Positions 48,544-58,848 of a stretch of 64,000 nt of DNA are shown here, piece by piece. The notes under the pieces were generated by a model. The model saw nothing but the letters and a program-made list of their open reading frames with translations. It did not search any database and had not been told where the DNA came from. Source of the stretch: Promethearchaeota archaeon (GTDB taxonomy: Archaea > Asgardarchaeota > Lokiarchaeia > Sigyniarchaeales > SOKP01); the NCBI GenBank assembly GCA_019057795.1, contig JAHLWS010000080.1:1-64000 (forward strand), in the 5' to 3' direction. Position 1 is the stretch's first letter. Every line of letters begins with the position of its first letter. Both the position numbers and the translations under genes were made by a program.

Positions 48544-49278
48544 ATGGAAGACATCGAAAATATTTTATTAAAGATTCAAGATAATACGAATCCGCAGGAA
48601 ATTAATGACATTTTAATTGAACTAAGCAAGAACCCGAACGAAAAAACTTTAATTATAGTGGATTATTTTTTAGATTCGTTGAATGCAACAATCTTAAATA
48701 AAATAAAGTTGAATTTGATTTTTCTCCTAGGTGCAATTGGGAGCGTAACAATCTTAAACAGAAAATATTTGAATTTTTTGCTCGAAAGCTATTTTAACTC
48801 AGACAGATGGGTTAGAAACGAAATTATTCAATCCTTTCTCGTTATTTTGCAAAACCACGAATACAATAATGAGATTTATCAAATAATAGAACACGCGTTA
48901 AACGAAGATTATTTGCCTATAAAAAAGAGCGCCCTAAGTGTTTTAATGATATTAAAGGAGCTCCCCGAAAAAGTTGTATTAACTCTCTTAAGGATTTTAG
49001 ATACAAACAACGATGAAATTCTTGAAATGGGATTGAAGATATTAAAAAGAAGCGTTCAAACTTGGGATGAATTATTTGAGTTGCTAAACATTTCAAAAGG
49101 TTATACAATTTTAAACAAATTTATAGTTAGAGTTCTAATCTTAGAGTATTTTGATTCAATAAGTGAATTAGAATCGTTTATAGAAAAAATTAATTCCTCG
49201 AAATGGGAAGAAGAATACAAAATATTATGTAACACCGAAATTAACTCGTTTCAAAGAATTTTAAAGAAAAAAGCATAA
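48544..49278 (+). CDS. HEAT-repeat-like protein
   Basis: SDRWVRNEII, ALNEDYLPIKKSAL. Confidence 0.7.
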   Translation: MEDIENILLKIQDNTNPQEINDILIELSKNPNEKTLIIVDYFLDSLNATILNKIKLNLIFLLGAIGSVTILNRKYLNFLLESYFNSDRWVRNEIIQSFLVILQNHEYNNEIYQIIEHALNEDYLPIKKSALSVLMILKELPEKVVLTLLRILDTNNDEILEMGLKILKRSVQTWDELFELLNISKGYTILNKFIVRVLILEYFDSISELESFIEKINSSKWEEEYKILCNTEINSFQRILKKKA

Positions 49279-49298
49279 GATTTGTTGATGAAATTAAT

Positions 49299-50576
49299 TT
49301 ATTCGTAGTTTTCTAATACGATTTCCAGTTTTTCATTTGAATAAATTATCTCGTTAAAAATTTTGATTAAAGCCTTAATAATTTCCCTCGGGTTTCCCTT
49401 GGTATTTTCAAATATATTTCTCAAGATTCTTTTATTTAAGGGAAAGTATGGATTTTGAAAAGCGTTAATAAAATCACTAATCCCCATATTCTCGTAGAAA
49501 AATCTCATACTTTCTTTATAGAATTCAAATATATCTTCTTCGTTAAAATCTAAAAGAAAGAGAGGGTCCTTTATTGAAAACAAAAGTTCCGCGTTCTTTT
49601 CTTGATATTTTTTTTTAATTTCTTCTAAAGAATCGATGGATTTCAGAGTTATAATTATGCGTAAACCCTCTATTTGCTGTAACTGAACGATTTTATCAAA
49701 TATTTTTTCAGAAGCAATATCGTCTGGCGATTTATCAGCTCCGTACAACCAACTAGGATCATAGATTTCTTCAGCGGAATCATCTTTTGGTTTCGTTATG
49801 GAAATAATTTTTTCAAAATCGTCAATAAACAAGATCGTTCCTGATTTAGAATTTTCAATTAATAACATTAACATCATAAATGCATTTTTACCTTTTCGAA
49901 GATCGTGCGAGATATTTAAGCTTGAAAGTTCCTTTACATCCATGAGTTCCCCTAATAACCATCTTTCAGCTTCAATCCTTTTATAGGGATCTAACTGATG
50001 AGTTACAATCCCAGATATTATATCAGTTAAGATTTCCGTTTCTATTTTGCTATATTTATTTGATAATAGTTTAAACGCAAAATTTTTTATTTTTTCAAGA
50101 TTTGCTACATGGAAAAAACCAAATTTCCTTTCTAACGCGCCCCATTCGTCACATAATCGATTTATAATGAATTTTAAAGGAGCTAATTCTAAGTTTTCGA
50201 TAAATTCAGAATAAATATTATAAAAAAACTTTTTATAGATATATTCTAAAGAAATATAAAAAGTATTATAACGATAAAGGGAATTCTTTAGAGCCCAATA
50301 AAGTTGTGTCTTACCTGTACCTACTTCTCCTATGATAGGGAGGATAAAGTTTTTGTCTTTTTCGACAATATTTTCAATTGTTTTAATTAAATCTTTTCTG
50401 GAATTAACCAGTCCTAATTCTTCCTTAATTTCACCCGTACAAACAAACTTTTTGAAAGGGTTATTTCCCCATTTTAACACACGGATTAATTTTTTCCTTT
50501 TATTTTCATATAGAATCATGTTGCATAAATTTCCTTTTAGAGCTTTAGTTCTTCTATGCCTAAAATTATTATCCAT
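49299..50576 (-). CDS. P-loop ATPase (AAA+/BrxD-like)
   Basis: Walker A GEVGTGKT, Walker B LFIDDFE, GNPREII; start uncertain. Confidence 0.8.
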   Translation of the reverse strand: MDNNFRHRRTKALKGNLCNMILYENKRKKLIRVLKWGNNPFKKFVCTGEIKEELGLVNSRKDLIKTIENIVEKDKNFILPIIGEVGTGKTQLYWALKNSLYRYNTFYISLEYIYKKFFYNIYSEFIENLELAPLKFIINRLCDEWGALERKFGFFHVANLEKIKNFAFKLLSNKYSKIETEILTDIISGIVTHQLDPYKRIEAERWLLGELMDVKELSSLNISHDLRKGKNAFMMLMLLIENSKSGTILFIDDFEKIISITKPKDDSAEEIYDPSWLYGADKSPDDIASEKIFDKIVQLQQIEGLRIIITLKSIDSLEEIKKKYQEKNAELLFSIKDPLFLLDFNEEDIFEFYKESMRFFYENMGISDFINAFQNPYFPLNKRILRNIFENTKGNPREIIKALIKIFNEIIYSNEKLEIVLENYE

Positions 50577-51175
50577 TTAACATTTGTTAGCGATCTCTTC
50601 ACAGTTGTTATTGGTTCGTAGGAAACTGATAAATTATTATTCTCATCTCTTCCAACTATTAAGCAATCATAGAAAACTGGATCACTTCTAATATCAATTA
50701 CTACTCTATCGGCCAATAGAATTCCATTTCCTACGAAGGACACAGGGTTTCTAAGCATTTCTTCTTTAAAAAAATCCAAATGATTAATTCCATATTCATA
50801 ATCATCTAAATAAAGAACTGCTGTATTAAGTTTATTTAAGGTGTAAGGAAATGCATCAGAAAATTGACCTTCATCGTAGACTTGCATAACATCCTCAGGA
50901 ATAAGTATAGAGTATTCGATTGTCGAAGTATCTTTAATGCTAAGTTCATCTATTTTTCGAGAGTAAGCGGACATTTTATTGTAAATCAATTCGAATCCGA
51001 CTTTAAATCCGTTGGATATAAAAATCCCTTCTGAGTTCGATATTTTTAAATTGTCAGAAAAAATGATAGAATCCTTATCGTCGTTGCATCGAGTAATTAT
51101 AGACCCTACGAATTCTCCTTCTTTCTTTATTCCCTTTACTAAATCGTATAAAATGTTGCCGTTAACATCGCTCAT
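50537..51175 (-). CDS. Hypothetical protein
   Basis: 212-aa ORF overlapping the ATPase ORF. Confidence 0.7.
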   Translation of the reverse strand: MSDVNGNILYDLVKGIKKEGEFVGSIITRCNDDKDSIIFSDNLKISNSEGIFISNGFKVGFELIYNKMSAYSRKIDELSIKDTSTIEYSILIPEDVMQVYDEGQFSDAFPYTLNKLNTAVLYLDDYEYGINHLDFFKEEMLRNPVSFVGNGILLADRVVIDIRSDPVFYDCLIVGRDENNNLSVSYEPITTVKRSLTNVKWIIILGIEELKL

Positions 51176-51263
51176 AATTACGTTTAAATTAACATCTCTT
51201 TTTCCAAATATCTAACCAAACGAATGTATATATATATATAGTATTACTTAATAATTAAGTAGA

Positions 51264-52508
51264 ATGGGTTCAATGAGTATATCCAACAAAATTTCTGAAT
51301 TGTCTAAATTTGATTTGCTTAAAAGAGCAAAAGAACACATTTTTTCGACTGGGTTAAACGACGGTGCTTCGAAATTGTGTAAGGCAAACATGAAATATGG
51401 TTTAGCGCAGTTTCAATTTATTCAAGAGAAATATGGATTTGAACCTAAAGCTACGTTTATATCGTCTCCAGACGAAACAATCTCGAGGAACAATTTTCGA
51501 TGGAATTCGGGGCTAGGATACGGCGGGAGACTAAATTGGGGGGATGGTAACGACAAGATAATTTTCCTAAATGTAAAACCAAATTGTTGTGGGATACTAG
51601 TTGGAGGATTAGAAGAAATACCGGATCCTTACGATCTCATAAAAACGATAGATAAAGTAAAGAGCATAAAGTTATACGATAATGACGTTTTAATAAATTG
51701 GGATTATGGTGTATCTAATCACTTTATAAATTGTTTTGAAACTAGAATTCTTTCAGACATTGATTTTCCACCTTATATGTTCATGATTCACGGTTCTGCA
51801 CCTGAATTTCGCGACGATAAATATGGAATAGGTTTATATATCGATATTTCAAAAACATTAAAGGAACGTGCTATCGCAGAACAAACTAAATTTGGAAGTC
51901 AATATATTTTGTTAGATTCCGATGCGAAAGAATATCTTGATTTTAACAAAAAAGCAATTAACTTTTCTAATAAAAAACGAGAAATCATTGCAAACGAGTT
52001 ATTCGGTACCGAATATGAGATAGTATGCAATACTCCTCACCAATTTTTAAAAGATTATAACAACATGTACTTAGGAAGTAATTGTACTGATGCAGATTTT
52101 GAGCTTGTTCCAACTAATATTTTTCCTACAGCATTAAGAGCTGATGTTGCGTGCTATCTATTTAAAGGTAAAAAGAGCTTTTCAGAAATAACTTTAAAGA
52201 ATAACAATTTTTTAGAAAGAGCAGAAAATCTAGAGCTATTAGATCTTCTAACGAATGCTGACATATTGCCCCACGGTGGAGGGTACATGTTGCCCGATGT
52301 TAGCCGCGTACAAAAAGTTTTAGAGTATAAAGACCAGAGATATTTTGCTTGCGAATTAGTAAAAGACAGTAACAAATTAAAGATAGTTCGAAACGTTAAG
52401 GAGTTACAATTCGAATATAGAGGGCGAGACGTAATTCTAAAAACGCTTCAATTGGACCTTGGAGAAATAATAGCTCGATTAAACCCTGTATTCTCTTTAA
52501 AATTATAA
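51264..52508 (+). CDS. Divergent RtcB-like nucleic-acid ligase
   Basis: NCCG, SNHF, MIHGS, PHQ, PHGGG, ARLNPVFSLK in RtcB order. Confidence 0.65.
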   Translation: MGSMSISNKISELSKFDLLKRAKEHIFSTGLNDGASKLCKANMKYGLAQFQFIQEKYGFEPKATFISSPDETISRNNFRWNSGLGYGGRLNWGDGNDKIIFLNVKPNCCGILVGGLEEIPDPYDLIKTIDKVKSIKLYDNDVLINWDYGVSNHFINCFETRILSDIDFPPYMFMIHGSAPEFRDDKYGIGLYIDISKTLKERAIAEQTKFGSQYILLDSDAKEYLDFNKKAINFSNKKREIIANELFGTEYEIVCNTPHQFLKDYNNMYLGSNCTDADFELVPTNIFPTALRADVACYLFKGKKSFSEITLKNNNFLERAENLELLDLLTNADILPHGGGYMLPDVSRVQKVLEYKDQRYFACELVKDSNKLKIVRNVKELQFEYRGRDVILKTLQLDLGEIIARLNPVFSLKL

Positions 52509-52509
52509 G

Positions 52510-54555
52510 CTATTCTATTTTTGCTCCAGGTGGAATGTTTTTATCAGGCGTTAGAACAGAAACGATATCTCCATCAACCGCAGCAAGTAACATTCCTTCG
52601 CTTAAAATTCCCCTTAATTTCCTAGGTTCTAAATTAGCTAATATTACTATCTTTTTACCTTTTAATTCTTCTGCTTTATATTGTTCTGCTAAACCGGCAA
52701 CTAGAGTTCTCTTTTCGTCTCCTAAAGTAATAGACAATTTGTATAATTTATCTGCTTTAGGAACTTTTTCGACACTCTCTATAAGTGCCACTCTTATATC
52801 TAATTTTTTAAAATCTTCATATGAAACCAATTCTTTATCACCTACCTTTGATTTTTGTTCTTTAAATTTCTGAAGTTTATCTTTAATTTCTTGAACATCA
52901 AGTTTTTGAAAAAGAGGTGCAGGTTTTTTAATTTTTAGCCCTTCTTTTACAGAGTTTTCGTTTATACTATCCCATTTCAAGTTTGAAGTGGGAACATTTA
53001 TGTACGACAAAATCTTTTCTGATGTTCCTGGAATAAATGGACTCAATAAAATACCAAACGCATAAACTGCTTGAATGCATATATTGAACACATGCCCAGC
53101 AGTTTCTTTATCTTTCTTGATCAAGTGCCATGGGGCCTTATCGTTAAGATATACATTCCCTTCTTTTCCAAAATTAACAATGTCTCTTAAAGCTTTTCTT
53201 AACTTGAAGTTTTTAATACTTTCTCCAATTTCATAACTAATACTATTTATACGCTCGATAAATTTTTTGTCAACTTCGTCAAATTCTACTTTGAGAGGTA
53301 CAGTTCCATTAAATTGTTTATCAATAAAGGTTAAAGTTCTATGAATGAAATTTCCGATGTTATCGTTTAATGTTTTAATGTTGTTTTCAAATTCAGACCA
53401 TAGGAACGAAGTATCACTAGTTTCTGGACGATTATAAACTAAAGTAAATCGCCAGTAATCAAGTGGAGCAACTTCTAAAGCCTCATCGATCCAGATTCCT
53501 ATTCCTCTCGATTTAGAAAATTTCTCGTTTTCAAACATTAACCATTCTGTAGAAGAAACATTGTAAGGGAGTATTAATTTCTCTCCATTGCTTTTATCCT
53601 TGTTATAGGATAATAACAAAATCGGAAATATAATCAAATGAAATATTATATTGTCTTTCCCGATAAAAAAGACTGTTTTAGTTTCTGGATCTTTCCAAAA
53701 ATAATCAAATTTCTTTGGATCTTTAATAATATTTTCTGCCCATTCTTTTACGGCGGAAATATAGCCCAAGACGGCTTCAAACCAAACGTAAATGGTCTTT
53801 TCTTCAGCTCCTTTAAAAGGGGCTGGAATCCCCCATTCTAAATCTCTAGTAATGGCTCTTTGTGGAATTCCTTCTGAGATACTATTTAAACACATTTGTC
53901 GAGCATTCTGTGGAATTAGTTGGTTTTTTTTTATAAAACTATCCAACTTATCTTGTAATTTGGGCAAATCTAAATACCAATGCTTCGTTTTACGGAGTAC
54001 AGGCGGATTGTCGCATATCACACAGCGAGCTCTTTTTAACTCTAAGGGAGTTAATAATTTCTGGCATTTATCACATTGATCTCCCCTCGCATTTTCAGCT
54101 TCACAGTGCGGGCAAATTCCTTCAACAAATCTATCTGGAAGAAATAATTTATCGTGCTCACAATACAGAGATTCTAATTCCTTTTCAAATATGTATCCAT
54201 TTTTCTGAATATCCATATAGAAATTTCTTACAAACTCAATGTGTGTAGGATTATGAGTAATAGTGTAGTTATCATATGAGATTTGCCATTTTTTAAATAA
54301 ATCTTTAATTCTGGTATGATTTTTCGAGGCTAATTCCTGAGCTGACATATTTTGTTTTTTAGCTGCAACCGCGACGGGCGTTCCATGTGAATCCGAACCC
54401 GAAACAAATACAACTTCATCTCCTTTTAGCCTACAAAATCTTGCAAATATATCGGACGATAATACGCTTCCAATCATGTTTCCTAAATGGGGTATGGCAT
54501 TAACATAAGGCCAAGCTGAAGTAATTACCCATTTATTTTTTTCAATATTGGACAA
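52510..54555 (-). CDS. metG: Methionyl-tRNA synthetase
   Basis: SAWPYVN..PHLGN, zinc knuckles, KFSKS, C-terminal tRNA-binding OB domain. Confidence 0.98.
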   Translation of the reverse strand: MSNIEKNKWVITSAWPYVNAIPHLGNMIGSVLSSDIFARFCRLKGDEVVFVSGSDSHGTPVAVAAKKQNMSAQELASKNHTRIKDLFKKWQISYDNYTITHNPTHIEFVRNFYMDIQKNGYIFEKELESLYCEHDKLFLPDRFVEGICPHCEAENARGDQCDKCQKLLTPLELKRARCVICDNPPVLRKTKHWYLDLPKLQDKLDSFIKKNQLIPQNARQMCLNSISEGIPQRAITRDLEWGIPAPFKGAEEKTIYVWFEAVLGYISAVKEWAENIIKDPKKFDYFWKDPETKTVFFIGKDNIIFHLIIFPILLLSYNKDKSNGEKLILPYNVSSTEWLMFENEKFSKSRGIGIWIDEALEVAPLDYWRFTLVYNRPETSDTSFLWSEFENNIKTLNDNIGNFIHRTLTFIDKQFNGTVPLKVEFDEVDKKFIERINSISYEIGESIKNFKLRKALRDIVNFGKEGNVYLNDKAPWHLIKKDKETAGHVFNICIQAVYAFGILLSPFIPGTSEKILSYINVPTSNLKWDSINENSVKEGLKIKKPAPLFQKLDVQEIKDKLQKFKEQKSKVGDKELVSYEDFKKLDIRVALIESVEKVPKADKLYKLSITLGDEKRTLVAGLAEQYKAEELKGKKIVILANLEPRKLRGILSEGMLLAAVDGDIVSVLTPDKNIPPGAKIE

Positions 54556-54766
54556 TTCGTATTACCTCTTAATTTATAGTTAGGTTATAGTTATTTATCG
54601 ATTATAATTGTTATAATTATAATTAATTAATCTAATAATGATTGTTAAAGTAATTTACTTTCTTATTTCAACTTTATGAGATTGAGAGTGAAAAACTGAA
54701 CGATTCTTGCTCTCATAATATATTTTAAATAGCTAATATATAAACTCAATTTTAAGTTCTTTTCTT

Positions 54767-55942
54767 TTAATAGCTAATCTGTGCTCCACAATTTCTACAA
54801 GCTTTAATTTCATCGTTCATTTTACTTAAGCAAGGTTCGTGATAATAAGCTCCGCATTTTTCGCATTGAAATGCTTTATAATCTCCTAAAAAAATGCTAT
54901 GACAAAAAGTACAAGATACATCGATTTCGTCGATTTGAGATTCTGGAATTAATTTCATTCTTGTAGTGTTTATACCGCTTTCATCGATTAATTTTATTTT
55001 AGGTTCGTTATCGGGCTTATCCTCGATTAACTTTGATGCTGATAATGGAAGTTCTAATAAGAAGAAACAGAAAGGGCACCTGAAAACCATTTCTTTGTAT
55101 TCTGTTTTCTTAGCCCACATCGCTGTGCAAGAAAGATGCATCGGGCGTTCACATGATGGGCAGTACCTTCCTTCGCTAAAGAAATCCGCTCCCGTTATTG
55201 GTGCTTTTACTGAGTGACAAATTTGGCATTTTTCTTGCCCCCTTTCCTTACGACTCATCATTAACCTAATATCTAATAAGCTTGGTCTCCTCAGTGGTAA
55301 AGCTATATCGCTTATCAGAGGGGCTAACTCGTTTTTTTTATTTGGTCCAAAATAGTCAGTCGTTATTTTACTCTCCTTTTTCGACGCGAATGACCTTCCA
55401 GCATTTAATACCGCTTTTGAATTGTTAAAAAATCCAAATTTTCCGCCTGTAAGTTTTACAATCTTTTTTAAAATACTTTGAGAATAGTCTTGCGTTTTGC
55501 CTAATTGGCAAGCATCAATATAAATCCCCAATCCTTTAGCAATATTAACTATTTTTTGAATTTTATTACTAAGCTTCAATTTACTATCCGAAATAATAAA
55601 TATTCTATATGTTTTTCCCCCTAACTTCCTCATCTCCTTTACTAAGATTTGCAAAGAAAAGGCTAATCCTTCGTCTAGCATACCAATCCCAGAGATATGA
55701 ATTTTCTTTAAAGAGTTAATTAATTTTTCTTCTTCATGTGTAAAGGAACTCAGTTTCTTTATAGTTGCCCCAAAAGAGAGCACTGCAATTCTATCTTTAG
55801 GATCGATCGTAAATTTCTCACTAATAAAGTTTTTAACGGTTTCTAAGGCGACAAAAAGTCGATTAGGCTTAAAGTCTTTTCTTAACATAGATCGAGAAGA
55901 ATCTATAAGCACAACGCAGTCTTCAATTTTTATATCGTGCAA
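54767..55942 (-). CDS. vWA domain plus two C4HC3 RING-type fingers (Ssl1/p44-like)
   Basis: DSSRSM..KDFKPNRL; CQIC..CPSC....HLSC...W...CPFC; CTFC..CEKC....HEPC..CRNC. Confidence 0.85.
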   Translation of the reverse strand: MHDIKIEDCVVLIDSSRSMLRKDFKPNRLFVALETVKNFISEKFTIDPKDRIAVLSFGATIKKLSSFTHEEEKLINSLKKIHISGIGMLDEGLAFSLQILVKEMRKLGGKTYRIFIISDSKLKLSNKIQKIVNIAKGLGIYIDACQLGKTQDYSQSILKKIVKLTGGKFGFFNNSKAVLNAGRSFASKKESKITTDYFGPNKKNELAPLISDIALPLRRPSLLDIRLMMSRKERGQEKCQICHSVKAPITGADFFSEGRYCPSCERPMHLSCTAMWAKKTEYKEMVFRCPFCFFLLELPLSASKLIEDKPDNEPKIKLIDESGINTTRMKLIPESQIDEIDVSCTFCHSIFLGDYKAFQCEKCGAYYHEPCLSKMNDEIKACRNCGAQISY

Positions 55943-56052
55943 TTTTTTTTTTAGAAATATTCAATGAATTTAAAAGAATTAAAAAAAGTTAGTCTTAAAT
56001 AGGTTTCTATTCTATGCGCGTTTTTTCGGTTTATCCCTATATTTTTCTTCGT

Positions 56053-56226
56053 TTATTTCTTGCTTAAAAAGTTATAAGCAAAAAGCGCAAACACCTTAAT
56101 TGAATTGATAAAGTCTTGAATTTCTATATATTCGTCAATCGCGTGAGCAGTTCCCATGCTACCAGGTCCAAACAAGATAATCTGAGGGCGATATCCATCA
56201 TTCCATAAGTAAAGTGCGTCAGCACT
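56053..56226 (-). pseudogene. Orphan 3' end of an M20 peptidase
   Basis: SADALY...FGPG...AHAIDEYIEIQDFINSIKVF...KK* is ungapped-colinear with the last 57 aa of 57487..58848 (26/57 identical). Confidence 0.9.
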
Positions 56227-56388
56227 TATTGATAATTTTTAAAGTTTTTTTTCTTTTTAATTTTTAATATTTCGCTGCAAATTTCATGGTTTGTTTTTTT
56301 TTTTTAAAATTGGTCCTTATACTTTTAAATAGCAATAACGATAATTTTGATATATTATATTTTCTAATTTACGAGTCCAATATTAACA

Positions 56389-57474
56389 ATGTGTGAAAAT
56401 TCTTTAGAAATATCAAATTCATATCTTCATAATTTTGAATCCAAAAATGGATTAGAATTTGGATTTCGTTATGGTGTTCCTCAAGATAGTGTACAACTAG
56501 TCAACATCTTCAAAGAAGTTTATGGATGGAATTATTTATATCCCACGGTATATAATAAAAAGAAATTTTCAAAACTTCTTTCCTATAAGAATCAAACTTG
56601 GTTTATTGTCGAAGATATCGATACTAAGAAAATCGTTGGTACAGGTGTAATGGAGAGAAAAAGTGAAATCTCCGTCTGTGCCTCAAAAACATTGATTTTA
56701 AACAAATATCAAAATCTTGGAATTGCGAGAGTTTTAGGGACTCAGAGCGTTTTTAGTTATTTATCTAATCCAGAATTAAGTGCCCTCATAAGAATTGATA
56801 TAGATGTAAGAGCAAAGAGTATAAACTCACAGAAATTGGCTGAAAAAATTCGTTGCATTCCCTATGGTTTTATACCTAATTATAATAATTATGCTGATAA
56901 GAGGAATTTTGACTTTTCTAAAGGAAAACCCTTCTCTTCTGGTGAAATTGAAGCTGTCATGATGTATGTATCTCCAATTAAACATTTTTGGAAAATTAGA
57001 AATAGAGAGATTACAGTAATAAATAGAAAGGAAATTTTGGACTTTTATAATATTGTTAAAAAACACATTACGAGAATGAATCGAGATAAATTATTAATAA
57101 GAAATGCGTCTAATTTTCTAATTAATAACTTTACTATCGATAAAGATCCTTATAAATCTTGTATTTCGATTAAAGGTTATTTATCTGAGAGAATCTTAAA
57201 GGATTTATTAGAGAACTATTCAAATTGGAATTTGGTTGAGTGGAGAGTACCAACTACATTAGAAGGGTTGGGTTCTCAGCATATTGCATTAAATAATGGA
57301 TTTAAAGTAGTAGGATATGATCCGGGTTCATTTTTTAATCAAAAATTAACTGATGACACAATTGTTTTTTGTAAATTTCCAAATGGAATAGATTTTTCAC
57401 AATTTGAAGGTTTAAATGTGGTAGATAAAAATAAACCAATAGTAAATAAAGTATTAAAGTCTGTAATGGATTAA
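56389..57474 (+). CDS. Tandem GNAT-like protein
   Basis: ILNKYQNLGIAR, GFIPN, NGFKVVGYDPG; related to 1246..2481. Confidence 0.7.
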   Translation: MCENSLEISNSYLHNFESKNGLEFGFRYGVPQDSVQLVNIFKEVYGWNYLYPTVYNKKKFSKLLSYKNQTWFIVEDIDTKKIVGTGVMERKSEISVCASKTLILNKYQNLGIARVLGTQSVFSYLSNPELSALIRIDIDVRAKSINSQKLAEKIRCIPYGFIPNYNNYADKRNFDFSKGKPFSSGEIEAVMMYVSPIKHFWKIRNREITVINRKEILDFYNIVKKHITRMNRDKLLIRNASNFLINNFTIDKDPYKSCISIKGYLSERILKDLLENYSNWNLVEWRVPTTLEGLGSQHIALNNGFKVVGYDPGSFFNQKLTDDTIVFCKFPNGIDFSQFEGLNVVDKNKPIVNKVLKSVMD

Positions 57475-57486
57475 AAATCTAAAATT

Positions 57487-58848
57487 TTAAGGTTTTTTCA
57501 AGTAATCAAATGAAAATAGAGTATAAACTTTAATTACATTAATATAATCCTCGAGTTCTATATATTCATCAATGGTATGAGCTTTAGCCGCATTCCCTGC
57601 TCCAAATATTAAAGTTTTGTTACAATAATCCGAACCTCTATAGTAATGAGCATCCGCTGCTCCAGGATATAGTGAGTAAAACGGGCGTTTTTTGTATATT
57701 CTTTCAATTAAAGAATACAAATACATTAATTTTTTAGATTTTTCCCAGTTTTTCCAATAAGAGGCTTCTGCCTCATTAAGTATTTCTAAATAAACAAAAA
57801 TATCTTCGGGATTGCTGTGTGGTGTATATCTTACTTCATAACCAATTTTTTCAATTAATTTTTTTAGCGCTTCAACTAACATCTTTGTGTTTTGCCCCGG
57901 GAGTGTTCTAATATCCATTAATGCTTCACATTGATTTGGGATAACATTTCCTTTAATACCACCGCTAATCATATTAATGCTTTTTGTATATTGTGTAAGC
58001 GATTTTACAAAATTCTGTATAAGCGGCTGCTCATTGTAAACTTTATCAAAATGTTCTTTATTCGGGAAAGTAGCACTTATAAGTTCTTTTATTTTTTCTT
58101 CAGACATTGGAGGTTGTACATTTGGTAAAAAATCATCCAATTCGTCTAAATGTAAGACTATTTCACTCATCATTGATATCGCATTCTTACCAAGAAAAGG
58201 AACTGAGGAATGACATGCAACCCCGTTTGTGATTATTTTTAATTGAATATGTCCTTTTTCTCCTAAAATTATGGCTTTGGGTAGAGGATGGAAACCTGTA
58301 GGTTCACCGATAATTAAAAAGTTACAATAAAGATTTTTTGATTGTAAATAATTTTCTAAACACCATTTCGTTCCTAAATTACCTCCTGTTTCTTCATCAG
58401 CTACCGCATTTAAGACAATATTCCTCGTAGTTTCGATATTAAATTTTTTTAAAACAGATAGCGCAATTACCATTGCTGATAACGAGGCTTTCATATCTGT
58501 AGTCCCTCTACCATAAATGAACTTTTTTCTCTTAATAAAAGCAGAAAATGGGGGATATTTCCATTCTTTCTCATCCCCCGTGGGTACTACATCCATATGT
58601 CCATTAAATACGAGACATTTACCATCAAAATTATGATTGAGAAGTGCGATTAGATTAGCACGGTTTTCTCCAAATGGGAAAACCTCAGTTTTTATTCCTT
58701 CTTCTTTTAAGTAATCTTCAATAATTATAGCAACATTTTTTTCATTGCCAGGTGGATTAATTGAGTCAGCTTGAATAATTTTCCTGAAAAATTCGACATA
58801 TTCCTCTTTATTTTGTTCAATTTCATTAAGAATTGATTTTTCACTCAT
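57487..58848 (-). CDS. M20 (ArgE/DapE) metallopeptidase
   Basis: NGHMDVVP, GRGTTDMK, DEETGG, GEPT, AHTIDE. Confidence 0.93.
   Translation of the reverse strand: MSEKSILNEIEQNKEEYVEFFRKIIQADSINPPGNEKNVAIIIEDYLKEEGIKTEVFPFGENRANLIALLNHNFDGKCLVFNGHMDVVPTGDEKEWKYPPFSAFIKRKKFIYGRGTTDMKASLSAMVIALSVLKKFNIETTRNIVLNAVADEETGGNLGTKWCLENYLQSKNLYCNFLIIGEPTGFHPLPKAIILGEKGHIQLKIITNGVACHSSVPFLGKNAISMMSEIVLHLDELDDFLPNVQPPMSEEKIKELISATFPNKEHFDKVYNEQPLIQNFVKSLTQYTKSINMISGGIKGNVIPNQCEALMDIRTLPGQNTKMLVEALKKLIEKIGYEVRYTPHSNPEDIFVYLEILNEAEASYWKNWEKSKKLMYLYSLIERIYKKRPFYSLYPGAADAHYYRGSDYCNKTLIFGAGNAAKAHTIDEYIELEDYINVIKVYTLFSFDYLKKP

Noticed and set aside
49299-51175. BREX defence system
   Set aside because: Only a lone P-loop ATPase is present, with no pglX, pglZ or brxC neighbours.
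525-58128. Short antisense or overlapping ORFs in the track (e.g. 525..845, 30505..30795, 41544..41894, 52535..52873)
   Set aside because: They are shadows of well-supported genes and have no recognisable motifs.
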